From: Candidatus Thorarchaeota archaeon
GTDB taxonomy: Archaea; Asgardarchaeota; Thorarchaeia; Thorarchaeales; Thorarchaeaceae
Direction: 5' to 3'
Assembly: GCA_048884965.1 (NCBI GenBank)
Contig: JBHLQH010000007.1
Span: 1-64,000, forward strand
Length of the DNA stretch: 64,000 nt
Shown here: positions 9,090 to 18,590 of the stretch, piece after piece
How positions within the stretch are numbered: the stretch's first letter is position 1
Layout of the letters: the number at the start of each line of letters is the position of its first letter
Program-made: the position numbers and the translations under genes
The notes under the pieces: model-generated
Seen by the model: the letters and a program-made list of their open reading frames with translations, nothing else
Databases searched by the model: none
Told to the model about the DNA's origin: nothing

Positions 9090-10736
9090 TTGACTCAGAC
9101 AACTCGACGAGATTTGCTCCGGAAGCTTGTATCTTCAGGATATCAGGTATCTCCAGATGCGTTAGACTATATCACAAGTCTTGATGCTCCAGAGGACATT
9201 GTACAGATAATAGAGTCCTCAAGTGCGGATGTTCCTCCAGTCATCTCAAGAGATTTTCTGAAATCGATCCTTGAGAAATCATCTGAAGATATAGTAACTG
9301 AGATTGATTTGTCCGAACTGGAATCACCAGAACCTGTCGTTGAGCTGGAAGTCGAACGAGTCCAACCTGATATGGAGATAGAGCCTGAGCCAGAGGAAAG
9401 AATTCGAGTCTTGAAGAACCCTGAGTTCGATAAAGTGGGCTCAGCAGGCACGGTAGAGGATTTTCTTGCCCTATTCAACGATCGATTCGACCGGATCAAG
9501 AGGATCTACATGTCCCGTATTGACACACAAGTAGCACTGTCACCGGGAGTCGCGAAGCTACAACGATATGATGCTCGAAGGACTCGGCTAATCAGTCAGG
9601 AGGGTGGAAAAGCCCAGAAACGGGTTAGCCAAACAGTTCTCGGGATTGTATCTAGCAAGAGTGTAGCCAGATCACGTAATATCATTATTGAACTAGAGGA
9701 TGCTGAGGATTCTATAATATGTATCATTCCTGCGGGACGAGAAGGATTACAGGGAGTGCAGCTTTTTGAGAAGGGTAACTCCATCCTTCTTGATGAAACC
9801 CTTTGTATCTCAGGATATGTCGATCAGGATGGGCGTATGATTGCGAATGATGTCATATTTCCTGATATCCCGACTGCAAGACCGATTGGACGTGCGAAAA
9901 GAGAGGTGTATGCAGCATTCATCTCTGATATTCATGCAGGAAGCGAGGAATTCCTAGAAGACGAGTTTGATACTTTTGTCGACTGGCTCAATGGAAAGGA
10001 TGTTGATGGTGCTGACAAGGATCTTGTCAAACGGATAGAGTATCTTTTCATCGCAGGAGATCTAGTTGATGGCATCGGTGTGTACCCGAACCAAGAGAAG
10101 AACCTCAAGATTCCAGATATTATCGGGCAGTATGATCTCATTGCCAAGAAGCTGAAACGAATAAACAAGAACGTGACCATCATATCGATTCCAGGAAACC
10201 ACGATGCATCAAGACAAGCACTTCCGAAACCCCCGATCCCAGAACAATTTGCAGAGCCGCTCTACAAACTGGGAGATAGAATGATGCTTATGGGAGACCC
10301 TGCTCAAATCCAGATAGAGGGGGTCGACATTCTTTTGACACATGGAGACTCAATGGATGATCTTGTCGTGAATACGCCAGGAGCTTCCTATGTTGCACCA
10401 GCCACTGGGATGGTCGAGCTTTTGAAGAAACGGCATCTCGCTCCAGTGTATGGAGGAAAGACAGAGTTGGCGCCCTTGCATAGGGATTGGCTCGTCATAG
10501 ATACGCCCCCAGATATCGTCCACTTCGGCCATGCACACCATAATGCAGTCGACAACTACAGAGGAGTTCAGATCATCAATTCAGGTACTTTCCAGGACCA
10601 GACCGACTTCATGCGAAAGCAAGGGATAGTCCCGACACCAGGTATTGTCACACTGGTCAATCTCAAGACCGGGCAGCCTGATGTGCGATTCTTCTTTGAC
10701 ATGTCGAAACTGAATGGCGCCAATAGCTCGATGTAG
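9090..10736 (+). CDS. polB: DNA polymerase D small subunit DP1
   Basis: FISDIH, IAGDLVDGIGVYP, PGNHD, GHAH, INSGTFQ.QT.F phosphoesterase motifs. Confidence 0.95.
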   Translation: MTQTTRRDLLRKLVSSGYQVSPDALDYITSLDAPEDIVQIIESSSADVPPVISRDFLKSILEKSSEDIVTEIDLSELESPEPVVELEVERVQPDMEIEPEPEERIRVLKNPEFDKVGSAGTVEDFLALFNDRFDRIKRIYMSRIDTQVALSPGVAKLQRYDARRTRLISQEGGKAQKRVSQTVLGIVSSKSVARSRNIIIELEDAEDSIICIIPAGREGLQGVQLFEKGNSILLDETLCISGYVDQDGRMIANDVIFPDIPTARPIGRAKREVYAAFISDIHAGSEEFLEDEFDTFVDWLNGKDVDGADKDLVKRIEYLFIAGDLVDGIGVYPNQEKNLKIPDIIGQYDLIAKKLKRINKNVTIISIPGNHDASRQALPKPPIPEQFAEPLYKLGDRMMLMGDPAQIQIEGVDILLTHGDSMDDLVVNTPGASYVAPATGMVELLKKRHLAPVYGGKTELAPLHRDWLVIDTPPDIVHFGHAHHNAVDNYRGVQIINSGTFQDQTDFMRKQGIVPTPGIVTLVNLKTGQPDVRFFFDMSKLNGANSSM

Positions 10737-10741
10737 CTAGA

Positions 10742-11998
10742 TTATCCTGTGATTTCCTTGGATATCTTCGATAGGCGAGCGTCCTCGTCCAAGATTGTAG
10801 CGATGTGAGTCTTACTAATCGCTAGGCGTATCTTCTTGGTACGACCATACCGGCCTTTGGAAACCACTGTCGTATTGATTAGGCCAAGCATGTCAAGCTC
10901 GCTGATGAGGTCTCCAACGCGCCTTTGCGTTAGGGTATCGATTGACATCTTCTCAGCAATCTCAGCATATGCATTGAAGCACTCTCCAGTAAAGATGTCC
11001 CGCTTTCCGGTATTGGATAGTGCATATACTGCAAGAAGAACTGCCTTGGATTGCATTGGAAGGGTCTTCACAGTCTCAGTGATATTATCGCGCTCGATGA
11101 ACTTCTGTGCCTCTCTGACGTGCTCTTGGAGGACCTTACTGTCGCCCTTTCGTTCGGCAAGTTCTCCTGCCGCTCGTAGAAGATCAAGAGCGCGTCTGGC
11201 ATCTCCATGCTCTTGCGCAGCAAGGGCTCCTACAAGGTTTATGACGCCTTCATCGATGATAGCTTCTTTGTTGAATGCGAGCTCGACCCTCTGTTCTAGG
11301 ATGCCTCGTAGCTCGACCGCGTTATAGGGCGGAAAAATGACCTCTTCTTCGCCAAGTGTAGAGAGGACTCGCGGGTCAAGGACATCCTTGAACTTCAAGT
11401 CATTACTGATTCCTATGATAGAGATCCTGCTATTCTCAAGGTCACCATTCATCCTCGTAAGCCCATAGAGAATGTCATTGCCTTGGTTGATATCTCGCTT
11501 GACTAGGCTATCGACCTCGTCCAGAACGACAACGAAGATCGTAGGCTTGGAATCCAGTTTCTGCATCAGTATATTGCGAATCTCATCAGTTGGCAGACCT
11601 GTGAAAGGTATGGATGAGCCATCGGGCATAGTGGCGTTGATATCCTCACATAGCTGACGTAATACGCGATAATTTGTGCCGACAATCCTGCAGTTGACAT
11701 GGGCTCTAACGGGGACCTTTACCTGACTCTGTTCAGCCTTTGAGATAAGTAGGTCTAATACGTACTTGGCAACTACCGTCTTGCCGGTTCCAGTCTTCCC
11801 ATAGCAGAGAATGTTCGACGGTGGTGCACCTCGAAGGGCAGGCCCCAAGATTGACCCGATCCGATTCATCTGCTCATCTCTATATGGCAGCTCGTCTGGT
11901 ACATAGGTAGGTCTGAGAGAGTCACGGTTCCTGAAGATCGGATTGCCATCGATGAACTTGTCAAATAGTTTGTTGAGTTTCGGAGGGGGTTTAGCCAA
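10742..11998 (-). CDS. cdc6: ORC1-type replication initiator Cdc6/Orc1
   Basis: GKTGTGKT Walker A, VVLDEVD Walker B, HGDARRALDLLR, C-terminal wHTH with SKGRYGRT. Confidence 0.97.
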   Translation of the reverse strand: MAKPPPKLNKLFDKFIDGNPIFRNRDSLRPTYVPDELPYRDEQMNRIGSILGPALRGAPPSNILCYGKTGTGKTVVAKYVLDLLISKAEQSQVKVPVRAHVNCRIVGTNYRVLRQLCEDINATMPDGSSIPFTGLPTDEIRNILMQKLDSKPTIFVVVLDEVDSLVKRDINQGNDILYGLTRMNGDLENSRISIIGISNDLKFKDVLDPRVLSTLGEEEVIFPPYNAVELRGILEQRVELAFNKEAIIDEGVINLVGALAAQEHGDARRALDLLRAAGELAERKGDSKVLQEHVREAQKFIERDNITETVKTLPMQSKAVLLAVYALSNTGKRDIFTGECFNAYAEIAEKMSIDTLTQRRVGDLISELDMLGLINTTVVSKGRYGRTKKIRLAISKTHIATILDEDARLSKISKEITG

Positions 11999-12022
11999 CT
12001 GTTTCTATCAACTCCAACATGA

Positions 12023-12065
12023 GTTCCACTGGATTTCCACTGGAATCATACTATTTCCACTGGAA
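12023..12065 (-). promoter_or_regulatory. Three ORB/mini-ORB-like boxes (TCCAGTGGAA on the minus strand) upstream of cdc6
   Basis: TTCCACTGGA occurs three times in 43 nt and matches the core of archaeal origin recognition boxes. Confidence 0.75.
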
Positions 12066-12101
12066 CCCGTTTGTCAGATAAAGGTACGTATTACTTGAAT
12101 T

Positions 12102-12782
12102 GTGTCACTTTCGGAGGGTTCATGTGCTTTTGACAGGTTGCCAGATTCGATTATCTTGAAACTCAGGGACCTTGAGATTGCTCTTCAATCGATGGAACGG
12201 ACCAGTGAGCATGAGGTGTCCCTCGAGAGCTATCCAACCCCAGCGAATATCGCAGCAGCCATCCTGTATGCGGCTCAGATGGAACACAACGATATAGAAG
12301 GCAAGGTCATCTGTGATTTGGGATGTGGGGATGGTATTTTTGCACATGGTGCTGCCCTTCTGGGAGCTGCCCAGGTCATCGGAATTGACCTACATAGCAA
12401 AGCCTTAAAGGCGGCCCGAAGGAATTCTTCGTTGTTCGAGACAGCTAAAGTTAACCTTGTACTTGGTGATGTTAACGCTCTAACGTTTAGGATGCCAATA
12501 GACACCGTCGTGAGTAATCCACCGTTTGGAACCAAGAAGCGCGGTGCGGACTTGGAGTTCCTTAGAAAGGCAATATCGATTGCCAAGGTCGTGTATAGTA
12601 TACATTTAGCAGGCGAAACGAACAGAAAATTCCTAAGTGATGCGATTCGGAAATTGGGAGGGTCGGTGGCCCAAATAGAAACATTCCAATTCCCGATCCC
12701 AAAGATCTACGAATTTCATAGGAAAAGTAAACATCTGGTCAGTGTTGATTTGTATCGTATAACCATAGATGAGCGTGAATAG
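12102..12782 (+). CDS. METTL5-family RNA m6A methyltransferase
   Basis: LESYPTP, DLGCGDG SAM motif, NPPFG, FH.K motif. Confidence 0.88.
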   Translation: MSLSEGSCAFDRLPDSIILKLRDLEIALQSMERTSEHEVSLESYPTPANIAAAILYAAQMEHNDIEGKVICDLGCGDGIFAHGAALLGAAQVIGIDLHSKALKAARRNSSLFETAKVNLVLGDVNALTFRMPIDTVVSNPPFGTKKRGADLEFLRKAISIAKVVYSIHLAGETNRKFLSDAIRKLGGSVAQIETFQFPIPKIYEFHRKSKHLVSVDLYRITIDERE

Positions 12783-13554
12783 AATGGCGGATGTAAAAAG
12801 CGGTGATACCGTTGTGCCAGGCGAGCAGTTGTGCGTGATAGAGGAGTTAATGCCTGGTTTTGGAACATATGAGAAAGAGGGCGTTGTGTTTTCTGCAACC
12901 GCAGGTTCAGTTGAGATGAACCTGAAGGAAAGAAGCATCAGTGTGAAGACAGGAAAAGGCGGAAGCAAACTGGCACTGCCTGTCAAGGGAGATATACTGG
13001 TAGGAGAAGTAGTAGTCGCCTACGACCAACGAGCTGAGGTAAACCTCGTAAAGAGAAATGGAGAAGATGTCCTTAGCGGCATTCTTGGAGAGATTCACAT
13101 TAGCAATGTGACCCGACGATATATCAAAAGCATGCAGGATGCCATAAAACCTGGTGATATCATCAGGGCGGTAGCATTGAACACTCATGAGATACCGGTT
13201 CATCTCTCACTAGTAGGTCCAGATCTCGGAGTGCTTGCGGGTAACTGCTCAAAATGTGGAAACAAGCTCACCCTAACGACGTACAACAATTTGATATGTC
13301 TGAGGTGTGAGAATCGCGAAACTCGTGAAGTGGCAAAGGACTACGGAACTATGTTCGGGTTAGAAACTCGACAAGACCTTGCACCAAGGCGCAGATCCCC
13401 GCCTCGAAGATATGATGATAGGCGTGATGACAGGCGAGGAGGCGACAGAAGACACTCCGACCGCGATCGCGGAGATCGCAGGGGTGGTGGAGACCGCCGG
13501 TATGGCGATCGGCGAGGCAATGACAGAAGACGCGATGATAGAAGGAGAAGATAG
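12769..13554 (+). CDS. csl4: Exosome RNA-binding subunit Csl4 with RD/RGG-rich C-terminal tail
   Basis: VVPGE.L..IEE N-terminus, S1 domain (IHISNV..IKPGDIIRA), CSKCG/CLRC Zn ribbon, ETREVA. Confidence 0.92.
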   Translation: MSVNRMADVKSGDTVVPGEQLCVIEELMPGFGTYEKEGVVFSATAGSVEMNLKERSISVKTGKGGSKLALPVKGDILVGEVVVAYDQRAEVNLVKRNGEDVLSGILGEIHISNVTRRYIKSMQDAIKPGDIIRAVALNTHEIPVHLSLVGPDLGVLAGNCSKCGNKLTLTTYNNLICLRCENRETREVAKDYGTMFGLETRQDLAPRRRSPPRRYDDRRDDRRGGDRRHSDRDRGDRRGGGDRRYGDRRGNDRRRDDRRRR

Positions 13555-13556
13555 TC

Positions 13557-13847
13557 ATGGAACCAAAGATAATAGAACATAGTCGATATGAATTGAAGAT
13601 CGAAATTGGTGGAGAGGGACATTCTTTCCCTAATTTGCTACGAAAGACGCTATTGGAGGAGCCAGCGGTGGAGTTTGCTGGCTATAACATAGATCATCCA
13701 CTTCTAGCTAGTCCAGTCTTTACCCTGAGAACCAGCAGAAGACAAGCGAACGTGGTCATGAGAGAAGCACTTGAGAAGATGCTCGCTAGAACTGAAGAGT
13801 TTCGCAAGAGTTTCGCTCAAATCGCAGCAGACCATAGTGTTGATTGA
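13557..13847 (+). CDS. rpoL: RNA polymerase subunit L (Rpo11)
   Basis: GEGHSFPNLLR, FAGYNIDHPL; follows csl4 as in other archaea. Confidence 0.93.
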   Translation: MEPKIIEHSRYELKIEIGGEGHSFPNLLRKTLLEEPAVEFAGYNIDHPLLASPVFTLRTSRRQANVVMREALEKMLARTEEFRKSFAQIAADHSVD

Positions 13848-13868
13848 TATTCGATTTGATAAGTAGGA

Positions 13869-14297
13869 ATGGTGAGATTGTTGTGGGACAGTTTGCTTGT
13901 CCAACATGACTCCATTGACTCGATAATGAGTGACAAGGGACTCGCTCAAATTGGCGATAACCTTGTCAATTTCTTCTATTCTCTAGCAAAATCTGTCGTT
14001 CTGGAGTGCATGTCAGGGGAGAAGGTGCGCGATAAGGTCCTTGCAAAGGCGATTAGAGCGACTGCATTGTATCAGCATATCGGTCGTAGAACCGATGCGG
14101 GTCGGGCGGCCGATGCGTATGAGGCCATTATTGCATGGCTATGGATGAAAGGGAAACTTGATGCGGATTGGGCAATTACCCATCTTGCAGAAAACCTGAA
14201 GATTGAGAAGACAACGAATCGGAAGCAAGAAGGAGAGATTGCTGCTGAAGCATTCAGATTGCTCCTCGAGATGATCGCGGATCGCCTTCCAATGTGA
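13869..14297 (+). CDS. Archaeal RNase III-like domain protein
   Basis: DKGLAQIGDNLVNF and ADAYEAIIAWLW motifs; typical position after rpoL. Confidence 0.8.
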   Translation: MVRLLWDSLLVQHDSIDSIMSDKGLAQIGDNLVNFFYSLAKSVVLECMSGEKVRDKVLAKAIRATALYQHIGRRTDAGRAADAYEAIIAWLWMKGKLDADWAITHLAENLKIEKTTNRKQEGEIAAEAFRLLLEMIADRLPM

Positions 14298-14377
14298 TCG
14301 GATTCGCGTTTGTGTTGATGTAGTAAGCCTTTAATTGACTTGAGTTCCGTTGGTGCAGAATACGAGGGAGACAGATA

Positions 14378-14707
14378 ATGCAGTTCTGTGATGAATGCGG
14401 TGCAATGATGATGCCTTTCAAGGACGAGGATGGCTCTGCGAAGTTGAAATGCAGAAGCTGTGGACACATCATGGATGGTGGTAATACCCTCAAAGTATCA
14501 CAGAAGATTGAGAGAACACCACGAGATAAGATAGTAGTCGTTGATGACGAATCGATACCCATGCCAAAGACTGCTGCGTCCTGTCCGAAATGTGGGCATA
14601 ACGAAGCATATTACTGGACGGTCCAAACCCGCCGAGGTGACGAAGGAGCTACAGAATTCTACAGATGCACTGAATGCAAGTACACCTGGCGAAACTATGG
14701 GGGATAG
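14378..14707 (+). CDS. tfs: Transcription factor S (RpoM/TFS)
   Basis: FCDECG, CPKCG, QTRRGDE acidic hairpin, FYRCTEC. Confidence 0.95.
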   Translation: MQFCDECGAMMMPFKDEDGSAKLKCRSCGHIMDGGNTLKVSQKIERTPRDKIVVVDDESIPMPKTAASCPKCGHNEAYYWTVQTRRGDEGATEFYRCTECKYTWRNYGG

Positions 14708-14738
14708 AACAACCCTTACGATATCTGGTCAATTGTAA

Positions 14739-15161
14739 GTGTACTTCTTATTCATTACTACTGTAAGTAAGAATGAGTGTGCTAGATTGGCTAGTGAGAA
14801 GTCCTACATGAGAAAGCGCAGACATGCTAGTCTGAAGAGGGTTAAGGATCTTCGTATTGACACACCGGGACCAATCAGGGTAATATGCATAGTAGTAGAA
14901 GCCGTTGATGGTGTTGCCTTAGTTCAGGATATCATGGATATACCTGGAAAACAAGGGACTATTCGCGTCAATGTAGAGGGACAGCTCGCTGTAGCTGAGA
15001 AGTATATGTTAATAGGGGATGTGAAGATGACTACAGGTCCTGATGGAAAAGACCTGAGGCTTAGCGTGTCCTCAAGTTACAACATCAATGCATTGGACAT
15101 AAAAGCTTACAAAGAGTCTCTGACACTAGAGGAAAGAATTAATCAAGCATTTGTAAGATGA
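14739..15161 (+). CDS. OB-fold protein, RPA14/RPA3-like (true start probably ~14787-14808)
   Basis: Basic N-terminus RKRRHASLKRVKDL, OB strands IRVICIV/YMLIGDV, C-terminal helix LDIKAYKESLTLEERI; resembles archaeal RPA14 from recall. Confidence 0.65.
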   Translation: MYFLFITTVSKNECARLASEKSYMRKRRHASLKRVKDLRIDTPGPIRVICIVVEAVDGVALVQDIMDIPGKQGTIRVNVEGQLAVAEKYMLIGDVKMTTGPDGKDLRLSVSSSYNINALDIKAYKESLTLEERINQAFVR

Positions 15162-15958
15162 GAATGTTGTCTGGAGGAAGAATAATGTTTCATGCGACCC
15201 TTGACAGTACGAAGACTTGGAAACAGATCGTGGATGCACTGGCCACTTTATTGACTGACGCCCATTTTGTGATAGCAAAAAGTGGGATTGTCCTGAACCA
15301 ACTCGACTCTTCGAAAGCTGCGATGGTAAGTCTGAATCTACCAGCAGGAGTGTTCCAAGAGTACGTTTGTGAGGGCGAATTCGACGTGTGCCTCGGGATT
15401 GATGAGCTGGTCAAAGTCAGCAAGAGAATGGCTGGCGATGATAGACTTGAATTCGATCTGGTAAAGACGGATCAAAAGTCAGACAGATTTGACCGCTTTG
15501 AGATCAAGATGCTTGGACAAGCATCAAGAAAGTTCAGCCTACAACTTCTCACTCCACCTGATGAGAGAAGCAAGAAGCCCGGACTACAATTCGCGGTAAG
15601 GGCAGAGATGTTTGCTGACTCATTCAAGCAAGCTGTCAAGGACATTGGAGTCGTATCGAATTATCTTACGATCAAGGCAGGCTCGGACTCAGTGGTGTTT
15701 CTTGGAGAAGGAGACACTGGAGAGGCAGAGGTCGCCCTGAAGAAAGGTGATGATGAATCCGCTCTATTCGACCTCAAGGCTGACAAGGATGTCAGGGCAA
15801 GATACTCACTAAGCTACCTGTCGGAGATAGCAAAGGCGATGGCCGCAGATAGTGTGGTCCTTCAGTTCGATGGAAACAAGCCTATCGCCATTGATTTTGG
15901 GATAGCAGAGAGCGGTCGAATCAGTTTTGTGCTAGCACCTATCATTGAAAAGAATTAG
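15158..15958 (+). CDS. pcn: DNA sliding clamp PCNA
   Basis: MFHATL..WKQIVDAL, QLDSSKAAMV, YSLSYL, FVLAP. Confidence 0.93.
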   Translation: MRMLSGGRIMFHATLDSTKTWKQIVDALATLLTDAHFVIAKSGIVLNQLDSSKAAMVSLNLPAGVFQEYVCEGEFDVCLGIDELVKVSKRMAGDDRLEFDLVKTDQKSDRFDRFEIKMLGQASRKFSLQLLTPPDERSKKPGLQFAVRAEMFADSFKQAVKDIGVVSNYLTIKAGSDSVVFLGEGDTGEAEVALKKGDDESALFDLKADKDVRARYSLSYLSEIAKAMAADSVVLQFDGNKPIAIDFGIAESGRISFVLAPIIEKN

Positions 15959-15975
15959 AATGTCGAGGGCAGGAT

Positions 15976-17367
15976 ATGGCCCCAGATAAGAGTATACGAA
16001 CCAAGAAAATGATCCAGTTGATGTTCCAAGACTACTATAGGACAAATCACGATACGGTAGATATCCCGGACAGGGTTCATAATAGAGAGTTTGGACTGGA
16101 GAATTGGGACTATAGTTGGGTGTGCAAGAGGCGAAGAGAGGAACGCGATGATGGGAAGGAGATATGGGTAGGATGTGGAAGAAATGGACGATCTTTTGCC
16201 AACCTACAGACCTGCCCCCACTGTGGTGCTCAGGGCCTGCAAACCACACGATGGTCAAGACATATTGGCTATAGAACAAAAGATAATCTCTTGAATGACC
16301 TTGTGAAGACTGTCCCGCATAGTGTCTATCATTCAGCAGCATTCTATAATGTACCCGTTGCGAGGTCCATGGCCGAGAAGGAGTGGATAGGCGCGGAACT
16401 GATTTTTGATATCGATGCGGACCATCTGGATGCGCCATGTGCCTCGAAGCATGATGTATGGCAGTGTAGCAATCATGAATGCGGAATCACAGGAAATGGA
16501 CCTCATCCGGACAATTGCCCTGATTGCGATGGAACAGCATTTAGATCACTGAAATGGATATGTGATGAATGTTTGACAGCGGCTAAGAACAATACCATCA
16601 AGCTGTATGACAAGTTCCTGACCAAGCACTTTGGATTGGACCCTGAGAAGATTCAATTGAATTATAGCGGTCATAGAGGGTTTCACGTCCGAGTACAGGA
16701 TCCTCTCGTCTTCAATCTGGACTCGAATGGACGAATGGAGCTGGCACACTATGTTATAGGATTGGGACTGAATAGCACAATTACTACAGAAGGATATCTA
16801 CGAATCAAGCCCACAGGAGAGCTGAGGAACTGGCAATTACCATCTATTGCTAGGAAAATCGCTGATGCAATGATAGAGTTCATTGATTCCATTGAGAAGT
16901 ACAAAGGTAATGAAACATGGGTCAAGAGCCTGCAATTGTACAAGGAAGACGCGATTGAGGGGTTGCAGAAGAATCCACCGATTCTAAGTGCAAAAGTGAA
17001 GAAGGTAGGACCAAAGTATTGGCAGGAGATTGCGAGTAAGGCAGCAATATTGTATAGTGCTGAAATCGATCAGCCTGTGACGACTGATATTCACCGTGTC
17101 ATCAGACTAATAGGAAGTCTGAATGGAAAGACAGGGTTCGCTGTGTCTGAGCTATCGAGGGATAATCTGACAGATTTCGATCCATTGACACATGCCATTG
17201 CTTTCAAGGAGGGAACTCTAAAGGTTTCAATACCTGACAGAGCGATAACAATACCTGAGATACGGATTGGAGGAAGTATATATGGTCCGTTCAATGATTC
17301 TATAGAGGAGCTACCTACGCCTGCAGCGGTGTTCCTACTTTGTAAGGGGATGGCATACCTTGAGTGA
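15976..17367 (+). CDS. priS: DNA primase catalytic subunit PriS with extra Cys-rich insertions
   Basis: REFG, ELIFDIDAD, YSGHRGFH, ID.PVTTDIHR.IRL..SLNGKTG. Confidence 0.95.
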   Translation: MAPDKSIRTKKMIQLMFQDYYRTNHDTVDIPDRVHNREFGLENWDYSWVCKRRREERDDGKEIWVGCGRNGRSFANLQTCPHCGAQGLQTTRWSRHIGYRTKDNLLNDLVKTVPHSVYHSAAFYNVPVARSMAEKEWIGAELIFDIDADHLDAPCASKHDVWQCSNHECGITGNGPHPDNCPDCDGTAFRSLKWICDECLTAAKNNTIKLYDKFLTKHFGLDPEKIQLNYSGHRGFHVRVQDPLVFNLDSNGRMELAHYVIGLGLNSTITTEGYLRIKPTGELRNWQLPSIARKIADAMIEFIDSIEKYKGNETWVKSLQLYKEDAIEGLQKNPPILSAKVKKVGPKYWQEIASKAAILYSAEIDQPVTTDIHRVIRLIGSLNGKTGFAVSELSRDNLTDFDPLTHAIAFKEGTLKVSIPDRAITIPEIRIGGSIYGPFNDSIEELPTPAAVFLLCKGMAYLE

Positions 17368-17998
17368 GATTGGATATGATGATATTCGGGAGCTATGGAA
17401 GGATGAGAAGGATAGGAGGGACCTTGGATATCTGGAGGATCTGAAACTAAGCAAGGTGATAAAGTATCTTTCAAAGATACGACAGTCGCTTGCTGAAATA
17501 CCATCCGACAACGCACTTCAGGTCGAGCTGCTGCAAGAAGAAGGAATCAATGTCGAATTCATGGTCAAAGACCTCTTGATGATTCGACGGAATAAAATCC
17601 TGAGAATTGTGCTTAACGCAGAAAGAATGACTGGGTCCATGACTCTTGCAGAAGAGGAATTCTACAATCGGCTTCTTAGAGCGGTGGAAAGTCATTCTGA
17701 GTTCATCAATGAGGCCATAATGGGGAAGCCGGTTCCTACCATTACAAAGTCTAAATCCAAGAAGACCGAGAAGACTGCTCCGGTGAAGGAAGATATCCCA
17801 GAGGATGAGGCTCTGGAGTATATCATGGTTCGGTTCCTTCGACCTATTGAGGATGCCATAGTGGGGCTCGATGAAGTTGTGTACGGTCCATTTGAAAAAG
17901 AGGATGTGGCAACGATTCCTACAGCGAATGCGAAGACTTGGCTTAGTGATGGAACTGCTGTCAGGATAATGCCATCGAAAAGTGATGGGGACACGTAG
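17360..17998 (+). CDS. GINS subunit Gins51 (A domain, linker, C-terminal B domain)
   Basis: IRRNKI, MTLAEEEFY, VRFLRPI..IVGLD..YGPFEKEDVATIP; follows priS. Confidence 0.88.
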   Translation: MSEIGYDDIRELWKDEKDRRDLGYLEDLKLSKVIKYLSKIRQSLAEIPSDNALQVELLQEEGINVEFMVKDLLMIRRNKILRIVLNAERMTGSMTLAEEEFYNRLLRAVESHSEFINEAIMGKPVPTITKSKSKKTEKTAPVKEDIPEDEALEYIMVRFLRPIEDAIVGLDEVVYGPFEKEDVATIPTANAKTWLSDGTAVRIMPSKSDGDT

Positions 17999-18292
17999 AT
18001 GGAGATAGAGACCATCAAGAAACAGCTGAAGGGCATCTCAGAGGGACTACAGAGCGAGCGAGAGTCTATTGATGATGCTTTTGAAAGACTTGTGGTCGCA
18101 GCGACCAACGTGTTCCGACTGGTTGATGGACAAAGCAGAACACTTTCAGTGCTTCAAGGTTCTCCAAAAGAACTGCATGGCTTCGTTCTAAGCCTTATTT
18201 CCGAGATCAAGAGAAAATCCCTAGATTCCACCGGACAAGCGGTGGTAGACCTCAACAACCTGATAAAAAGCCTTGATGAACAAAGCGAATAG
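17999..18292 (+). CDS. Hypothetical helical protein
   Basis: 97-aa ORF starting immediately after the gins51 stop; amphipathic heptad pattern. Confidence 0.7.
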   Translation: MEIETIKKQLKGISEGLQSERESIDDAFERLVVAATNVFRLVDGQSRTLSVLQGSPKELHGFVLSLISEIKRKSLDSTGQAVVDLNNLIKSLDEQSE

Positions 18293-18327
18293 AAAGCTCT
18301 AAGAGGTAGTGGCATAAGAGGGAAAGT

Positions 18328-18519
18328 ATGTTCTCAGGTCGACGGCTGCTTTTGATTGCCACAGGTGCGATTGCCATTATACTCGCAATCACTGGCGGCT
18401 TGATCTATCCTTTGGCTGGTGGGGATATTGGTAGTATTCTCATATACGAGATAATCGTTATTCTTGGAATTTTAGGCATTCTTCTCCTGATAGACAATCG
18501 AGGATTGGAAGAATCCTGA
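18328..18519 (+). CDS. Small two-TM membrane protein
   Basis: Two hydrophobic segments; fills the intergenic gap. Confidence 0.65.
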   Translation: MFSGRRLLLIATGAIAIILAITGGLIYPLAGGDIGSILIYEIIVILGILGILLLIDNRGLEES

Positions 18520-18590
18520 TTCTGCAAACTTTTAATATGGGAATCATTTTCGCTCAATCATCCAGCCCTTTCACCAAATATTGGTGGTAA

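Noticed and set aside
12023-12065. Short repeats as a CRISPR remnant
   Set aside because: Units are ~10 nt without proper spacers and no cas genes are present; better explained as ORB-like boxes
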